Origin: a virus
Virus record (IMG/VR): IMGVR_UViG_3300048033_001096
Location: 105,232 to 169,231 of that record
DNA: 64,000 bases
Strand: one strand, 5' to 3'
Below, in pieces: positions 58,425 to 64,000 of this stretch. Both the position numbers and the translations under genes were made by a program. The notes beneath the pieces are model-generated. The model was given only the letters and a program-made list of their open reading frames with translations, was not told where the DNA came from and ran no database searches. Each line of letters opens with the position of its first letter. The first letter of the stretch is position 1.

Positions 58425-60485
58425 ATGAGCGAAAGATATTATACATTAAGTACACATACTGCCGAACAGTTTGAACAAATTCATAATGAATTAGTTGACC
58501 CAAACGGATTAGGTGCTGTACCGGTTAGATCAGTAGAATGTACAAATTATACTTTACACAGTCTAACTAGAGGCGAATATCTGTTACTTGACGAAGAAGC
58601 TGAAGATTTAAAATTAGACAATCGTATAAAATTTATAAACTTAACACCAAGTCGATATCCAGAAATTTTTAATGCTACAGAAGACGACTTACGTATGGAT
58701 GTAGCTGTTACTGATACTAGATACGATAATACAACTGTTAAGAACTGGCAGTATTGGGCAAACAATGGAGCTATACTAGGATCGTTTACAGAAGATACAG
58801 CAGCTGATGTAGGTCGTGCAAGTAATCAGTTATTACGCTGCAAACAAAAAAGAAATCCTTGGATTAGTGGCGGACTAACTAATTTTGATGTTATTGAAGA
58901 AAATCCAGCCAAGGCCGGAGCAGGAGAAAACGTAGATGTTATTTGTATGGATAACGGAACCTGGATAGGACACGTAGAATTTATTAATCCTAACAGAGTA
59001 AACTACGATGCCGGTGCTACAATAAGTCCAAAAGATTATATCGGAGGGAATGTTTTACCAGGTGAAGGATACTGTGACGTATTAGATGTTATCTTAGATA
59101 GTCCTTACTATATCGATCCAGACTGGTTTAATGCTGATCCTGATAATAGACTTACTACAAGATGGGATGGTACTATTGTTCCGGTAGAAAGTGAAGTTCG
59201 TAACTGGTGGCGCATTACATCAAACAGAAGTTCTCAGTTTGCAGCATTTGGTAGTATCTTTATTTCTAGCTCGTATACCCGCACAGGTGTCCACGGATCT
59301 AATACAACACATCCTACAACTGCTAGTGCAACACACGGCACTCAGTGTGGTAGTTTAATATACGGACGTACACACGGATGGGCATATAATGCTAACAAGT
59401 GGCATCTAAACTTGTATGGCGGTGGCTCTAATAGTATTGAAACAGGGTTTGATGTATGTAAAATATTCCATCAGTACAAACCAGTTAATTCTATTTATGG
59501 TACACAAGATCCTACAATAGGATCTAACAGCTGGGGGTTTAGAGCAAGTAAAAGCTCCTCAAATTATTTTTTCCAAAGCGCAACAGGTACACCTTATTCG
59601 GGCTCGTCTAACGAACCAGAGTTTATGAGATATATGGGCGCAGACGGTGATCAAGGAAGATGGAAATCAGAAATGTTTGACAATTCTATGACACAAGCTG
59701 GCGAAGAACTTGTAAACAGTGGATTTATCTTTGTAGCTGCCGCTGGTAATAGCGGACAAATGCAAACAAACCCAAATGATCCTAATTATGATAATCACAT
59801 TGGTCCAAATACAGATGACGGAGTTTACGATACTACATTTTTTGAATTTGGATATGAAGTTACTGGCTCAACAAATAGACGAGGATTCCCTCAACATGTT
59901 GGTAAAACTGAATCACAAATTTTTCAAGGAAATACAACTGCAGAATTTCCTGTTATTAACATTGGCGCACTAGACGATGCGTTTGCTTCTGGTAATAAAG
60001 AGCGTAAAGTAAATTATAGTGATATGGGAAATGCTATTGATTTATATGCACCAGCAGACGGCACGTTAGCCGCAACTGTAGGATCGTATGGTACCGACGT
60101 TGCACGTTATGATGATAGTTATATAGGACTAACAACAACTGATTGTAGAGACACGCGGTTTAGTGGAACTTCGGCTGCATGCCCGGTAGCAGCTGGCTTC
60201 TTGGCAACTATTGTACAATATAATCGAAACTGGACTTATAATGACTTACGAAACTGGATTCAAACAAGTGTAGAAATACAAGACAGCGACGACTTCTATG
60301 ATGATACAAGAGGTACTACAGCAAGCGGCCCGGAATGGAGTGATCGTAATAGACTGCAAGGCGGTGTTGCTAGGGTAGCCTATGCAACTAGTGTTCCGGT
60401 ATCAACGCCAGTACCGGGAACAGCTTTAACTATATCAGGATCCTTAATTTTTAAAAACGGATTGTTATTAAAACGAAATGCCTAG
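58425..60485 (+). CDS. Subtilisin-like serine protease (S8)
   Basis: Catalytic motifs in order: VICMDNG, HGTQCG, AAAGN, FSGTSAACP; N-terminal prodomain-like segment. Confidence 0.9.
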   Translation: MSERYYTLSTHTAEQFEQIHNELVDPNGLGAVPVRSVECTNYTLHSLTRGEYLLLDEEAEDLKLDNRIKFINLTPSRYPEIFNATEDDLRMDVAVTDTRYDNTTVKNWQYWANNGAILGSFTEDTAADVGRASNQLLRCKQKRNPWISGGLTNFDVIEENPAKAGAGENVDVICMDNGTWIGHVEFINPNRVNYDAGATISPKDYIGGNVLPGEGYCDVLDVILDSPYYIDPDWFNADPDNRLTTRWDGTIVPVESEVRNWWRITSNRSSQFAAFGSIFISSSYTRTGVHGSNTTHPTTASATHGTQCGSLIYGRTHGWAYNANKWHLNLYGGGSNSIETGFDVCKIFHQYKPVNSIYGTQDPTIGSNSWGFRASKSSSNYFFQSATGTPYSGSSNEPEFMRYMGADGDQGRWKSEMFDNSMTQAGEELVNSGFIFVAAAGNSGQMQTNPNDPNYDNHIGPNTDDGVYDTTFFEFGYEVTGSTNRRGFPQHVGKTESQIFQGNTTAEFPVINIGALDDAFASGNKERKVNYSDMGNAIDLYAPADGTLAATVGSYGTDVARYDDSYIGLTTTDCRDTRFSGTSAACPVAAGFLATIVQYNRNWTYNDLRNWIQTSVEIQDSDDFYDDTRGTTASGPEWSDRNRLQGGVARVAYATSVPVSTPVPGTALTISGSLIFKNGLLLKRNA

Positions 60486-60915
60486 ATTTGCCCAAGGAAA
60501 GTTTACACCAAAAAACCCAGCAAAGTATGTAGGCAATAAAACACCTACATACAGGAGTAGTTGGGAGTTTGCATTTATGAGATTTTGTGACGAGCATAGT
60601 AGTGTAAGTCAATGGGCAAGCGAAGCAATACGTATACCTTATCGAAATCCATTAACAGGCAAACACACAATTTATGTGCCTGATTTTTTTATTGTATATA
60701 GTGATAAACTTGGAAAGCAGCGGGTAGAACTTATTGAAGTAAAACCAGCCAATCAAACAATAAAAGAAAAGTTAGGCCGAAGTAGAGCAAACCAAGTACA
60801 CTATGTTGTTAATCAAGCAAAATGGGAAGCTGCTAGGATTTGGTGTAAACAAAAAGGAATATATTTTCGTATAGTAAATGAAGGAGACATGTTCCATCAA
60901 GGTCGCAAGAGATGA
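60478..60915 (+). CDS. gp4: Head completion nuclease (gp4-like)
   Basis: F.PKNP.KY.G, YRSSWE..FM..CD, W.SE...IPY, Y.PDF, IEVKP, AKW.AA. Confidence 0.9.
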   Translation: MPRFAQGKFTPKNPAKYVGNKTPTYRSSWEFAFMRFCDEHSSVSQWASEAIRIPYRNPLTGKHTIYVPDFFIVYSDKLGKQRVELIEVKPANQTIKEKLGRSRANQVHYVVNQAKWEAARIWCKQKGIYFRIVNEGDMFHQGRKR

Positions 60916-61478
60916 ATATAGCATTTGTACATATTCCTAAAACAGGTGGAGGCAGTGTTATTGAGTGGTTTAATAAAAATAATTTAAACAATCATTTAAT
61001 ATTTTACGGACATAAAAATCTTAATCAGATAAAAAATTTAACTACAAAAAAAATAGATACTAGTTTTTGTGTAGTGCGTAATACGTATGAAAGACTTATA
61101 AGTGCATATACATTTACACACAATAAAGTAAAAAAGAAAATCTCAAAAAATGAAAATATAGAAATTAATCAAGCTATCTTAAATACTTATAATAGTGGAA
61201 TAGTTTCATTTATAGAATACATGCATTCTATTAATCATGTTACAACAGCTAATCAATTAGAATTTAGTAATGGTGTTGACTTTGTTTTGCAAAGTGATCA
61301 ACTGTGTTCTATTAATAAATTAAATCATCTATTTAATACTAATATATTAATAGAAAAAGAACGTAGAGTACGCAAATACAATGATAAAAAATATTATACA
61401 AAAGATTTTATAGATGTTGTAAATGACCTTTATCAAAACGAAATTAATTATTTTAACTTCACACCAAAATATAGATAA
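60912..61478 (+). CDS. Sulfotransferase family 2
   Basis: FVHIPKTGGGS (5'-PSB) and VRN.YERL.SAY (3'-PB); very AT-rich. Confidence 0.8.
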   Translation: MNIAFVHIPKTGGGSVIEWFNKNNLNNHLIFYGHKNLNQIKNLTTKKIDTSFCVVRNTYERLISAYTFTHNKVKKKISKNENIEINQAILNTYNSGIVSFIEYMHSINHVTTANQLEFSNGVDFVLQSDQLCSINKLNHLFNTNILIEKERRVRKYNDKKYYTKDFIDVVNDLYQNEINYFNFTPKYR

Positions 61479-61508
61479 ATAATACTAGCATATAATGGTA
61501 TAGGAACA

Positions 61509-62012
61509 ATGACCAAAAAATTAGAAGAATTATTAAATTTGCCAGAAAGCAAAGAAATTATTGATAAAGCTGAAGAACAAGAACAGCAGCAACACTCTCA
61601 TGAATTAGAGCGCCAACAAGAAACAATGAGAGACATTGCTGAATTTGATAAAATTTCAAGTGCATTGCCGCACGTCAAGGGCCTAGGCGACATGGCAGAT
61701 AAAGAACTTAATGAAGTTGCAGACAAAGCAATGCAAGCATATGAAGAATTATTTGACTTAGGTATGAATGTTGAAAGCCGTTATAGTGGAAGAGTTTTTG
61801 AAACTGCAAGCACTATGTTAAAAACATCGTTAGATGCTAAAGTAGCTAAATTAGACAAAAAACTTAAAATGGTTGAACTACAACTTAAAAAAGAAAAGCA
61901 AGACAAAGATTCTAAGCCACAAGGCGACGGTATGATAGAAGGCGAAGGCTACGTTGTAACTGATCGTAATAGTCTACTTGAGAGGCTTAAAGGTCTAGAT
62001 AAAGATAAATAA
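61509..62012 (+). CDS. Terminase small subunit-like (gp16-like)
   Basis: Helical L..LG..V...R.FE.A..ML..; GATAAATA at 61474; upstream of the large terminase. Confidence 0.5.
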   Translation: MTKKLEELLNLPESKEIIDKAEEQEQQQHSHELERQQETMRDIAEFDKISSALPHVKGLGDMADKELNEVADKAMQAYEELFDLGMNVESRYSGRVFETASTMLKTSLDAKVAKLDKKLKMVELQLKKEKQDKDSKPQGDGMIEGEGYVVTDRNSLLERLKGLDKDK

Positions 62013-62032
62013 CATATAACGGGATAACAAAC

Positions 62033-62590
62033 ATGCGTACATTTACTGATATTTTAACAGAATCTAAAAAAACTTATAATTTTATTATTAGAGTTGCAGG
62101 AGACCTACCAGAAGGTTGCGAACAGACTATGAAAACTAGTTTGGAGAAGTTTAATTTAATTAGTTTTAATGGTCCAAAAAGATCACCTATTCAAGAAACA
62201 CCGATGGATTTCCCGCAGTTACAAAATATGGAAGTACATACTTTTGAAGCAGAAGTAGGTTATCCAACAGTTGGACATATTTTAGAGCGTTATCTCGTAG
62301 ATTGTTGCTGTATCGATCATACTCATTTAAATGTTAGAGTTCCGGGCGAACCAGTAGAGCTAGAACAACAAGAAGAAACTAGTGAAGTATACACTCCGGT
62401 AATAGGTAATGACGACATGGGCGGTGAAAGCGCACAAGAATCAGTAGGCGAAAATAGAGTAATGGATCTACTTAAAGAACTAGAAGTTGCCCGTAAAGAA
62501 AGAGGTTACGATCCAATCGACGGAATAGAGCCAGGAACATCTAAAGATATAGACAACACAGAAAACAGTGCAAGTACTGTAGGGAGTTAA
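62033..62590 (+). CDS. Putative internal head protein with capsid-targeting sequence
   Basis: N-terminus MRTFTDILTE/S resembles the T4 internal-protein targeting sequence MKTYQEFIAE; GATAAATA at 62004. Confidence 0.5.
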   Translation: MRTFTDILTESKKTYNFIIRVAGDLPEGCEQTMKTSLEKFNLISFNGPKRSPIQETPMDFPQLQNMEVHTFEAEVGYPTVGHILERYLVDCCCIDHTHLNVRVPGEPVELEQQEETSEVYTPVIGNDDMGGESAQESVGENRVMDLLKELEVARKERGYDPIDGIEPGTSKDIDNTENSASTVGS

Positions 62591-62592
62591 AA

Positions 62593-63339
62593 ATGAGCAA
62601 CAGCATGCTAGACATATTAAAGAACTTTGATTCGGCTGAAAAAGGCAATGCTCCGAGCGTTGCTAGAGAATCAACAAATGAAATGAAAACTATTTTAGAG
62701 TCTTTTAATAGTATTCAAGAATGTGGTATGGAAGGCATGGAAATGTCTGAACCAACACAAGAAGGACATCCAGTTACTGTAAGTGTAACAGCATCAGGAA
62801 AAGAAAATGTTTCTGACCTAATTGCATTAATGCAACAAGCGGCTGGAATTGAACAGCATGTTGATATGCCAATGGCTCATGATGCACATATTGACAAAGA
62901 TTCGCATAATGATACCGGTGAGCCAGATATGGCAGCTATGAAAAGAGCTATTCTAGGACCAATGGAAGAAGACGAGGACGAGGACGAGGATTTTGCAAAC
63001 TCACCAGAAGATTCTGAAGGTTCTCCAGAATACATAGATCATAATTTTATGACTAAAGATTTAAGTGGCGGGATTAATAGACAAAAACCAAAAGGTTCTG
63101 AGCGTGTTAAAGATCCAGCAGTTGAGTCAATTAAAGAACAATTGATGAAAGCACTTGAAGGAAAATATGCTAACGATGCACAGCGTAAAGCAGTACACGC
63201 AGCAAAGTCAAAAAAAAAGAATGAGTCAGACGTAGACGAAGCACACGGTAACAGTAAAAAGTATGACGATTGCTGGGATGGATATGAAAGAGTGCCAGGC
63301 ACAACAAGAGGCGAGCCAGGCTCTTGCAGAAAAAAATAA
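62593..63339 (+). CDS. Putative internal head protein (acidic, many hydrophobic-x-E sites, CWxGY motif)
   Basis: ILES, IQEC, ALEG and VDEA sites; C-terminal CWDGYERVPG...SC. Confidence 0.45.
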   Translation: MSNSMLDILKNFDSAEKGNAPSVARESTNEMKTILESFNSIQECGMEGMEMSEPTQEGHPVTVSVTASGKENVSDLIALMQQAAGIEQHVDMPMAHDAHIDKDSHNDTGEPDMAAMKRAILGPMEEDEDEDEDFANSPEDSEGSPEYIDHNFMTKDLSGGINRQKPKGSERVKDPAVESIKEQLMKALEGKYANDAQRKAVHAAKSKKKNESDVDEAHGNSKKYDDCWDGYERVPGTTRGEPGSCRKK

Positions 63340-63362
63340 AATAGCTACGATGGGGTAGTATC

Positions 63363-63390
63363 AAATAGGACCTTCGGGTCCTATTTTTTT
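63363..63390 (+). terminator. Intrinsic terminator with C(UUCG)G tetraloop
   Basis: AAATAGGACC-TTCG-GGTCCTATTTTTTT. Confidence 0.9.
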
Positions 63391-63403
63391 GGTTAAATAC
63401 AAT

Positions 63404-64000
63404 ATGGCAGCATCATTAGACGGCGTCTTAATTAAAAAGGCGAATAAACAAGAAACATATACAGAAGCACAGATGCAGGACTTAATGCAGTGTATGGATC
63501 CTGACGAAGGGTACCTACACTTTGCAAAACACTTTGCATTTATTCAGCATCCTGTAAAAGGCAAACTATTGTTTGATCCTTACGAGTATCAGTTACGCTT
63601 AATGCACAGTTATCATAACTATCGCTTTAACATTAATATGATGCCTAGACAAACAGGCAAGACTACGTGTGCTAGTATCTATCTAGCATGGTATGCAATG
63701 TTTAATCCAGACCAAACTATTCTTGTTGCTGCACACAAGTACACAGGCGCACAAGAGATTATGTCACGTATACGCTTTGTGTATGAAACTTGTCCAGATC
63801 ATATTAGAGCAGGTGTTACTAGTTACAACAAACAGTCCATTGAGTTTGAAAACGGTTCACGTATTGTAGCACAGACTACAACGGGCAACACAGGACGTGG
63901 TATGAGTATCTCGCTACTATACTGTGACGAGTTTGCATTTGTGCAACCCAACATTGCTGAAGAGTTTTGGACTTCAATATCACCTACACTAGCAACAGGT
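63404..64000 (+). CDS. gp17: Terminase large subunit (gp17-like), 5' part, runs off the window
   Basis: Not in the ORF track. MAASLDG...YEYQ (Q motif), MPRQTGKTT (Walker A), FENGS, LLYCDEFAF (Walker B); leaderless TAAATA-CAAT-ATG. Confidence 0.95.
   Translation, partial: MAASLDGVLIKKANKQETYTEAQMQDLMQCMDPDEGYLHFAKHFAFIQHPVKGKLLFDPYEYQLRLMHSYHNYRFNINMMPRQTGKTTCASIYLAWYAMFNPDQTILVAAHKYTGAQEIMSRIRFVYETCPDHIRAGVTSYNKQSIEFENGSRIVAQTTTGNTGRGMSISLLYCDEFAFVQPNIAEEFWTSISPTLATG

Noticed and set aside
1980-63364. Numerous antisense and alternative-frame ORFs in the track (e.g. 13375-14280 -, 51282-51740 -, 22052-22300 +)
   Set aside because: They lie within long genes with recognisable motifs, lack SD or promoter, and mirror the codon bias of repetitive sense genes.
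1-64000. Stop-codon reassignment, introns or inteins
   Set aside because: Coding density is high with the standard code, and TAA, TGA and TAG all end genes. Conserved genes are uninterrupted, and the visible part of the terminase has no intein motif.

Overview
The window is a dense, AT-rich slice of the virion-morphogenesis region of a large T4-superfamily myovirus, probably from an uncultured aquatic lineage. It opens with the end of the prohead protease, the scaffold and the major capsid gene. About 36 kb of accessory virion and fibre genes follow, including two paralogous pairs of giant proteins (1656/1494 aa and 2624/3748 aa), an S74-chaperoned tail fibre and a 38-Cys Gly-rich adhesin-like protein. 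Next is a glycan-modification island: GT9-like transferase, carbamoyltransferase and 2OG-Fe(II) oxygenase, convergent with hldE-hldD-cupin-gmhB. The window ends with neck gp13/14/15, dNMP kinase, sheath, tube, an S8 protease, gp4, a sulfotransferase, a gp16-like gene, putative internal head proteins and the 5' part of the large terminase. Late genes use a (G)ATAAATA promoter, and several of these transcripts appear leaderless. Best leads: (1) about 10 phycobiliprotein-like globin repeats in the 3748-aa virion protein, 8 of them keeping the bilin-attachment C-x-R-D motif; (2) an ADP-heptose pathway with a cupin in place of gmhA, next to late-expressed modifying enzymes, which suggests virion or DNA glycosylation; (3) a roughly 200-nt structured ncRNA with its own sigma70 promoter and terminator right after the capsid gene; (4) structured late 5' leaders and a recurring module of hydrophobic C-terminal helix plus small partner protein. 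All family calls come from motif recognition by eye; no database searches were run.
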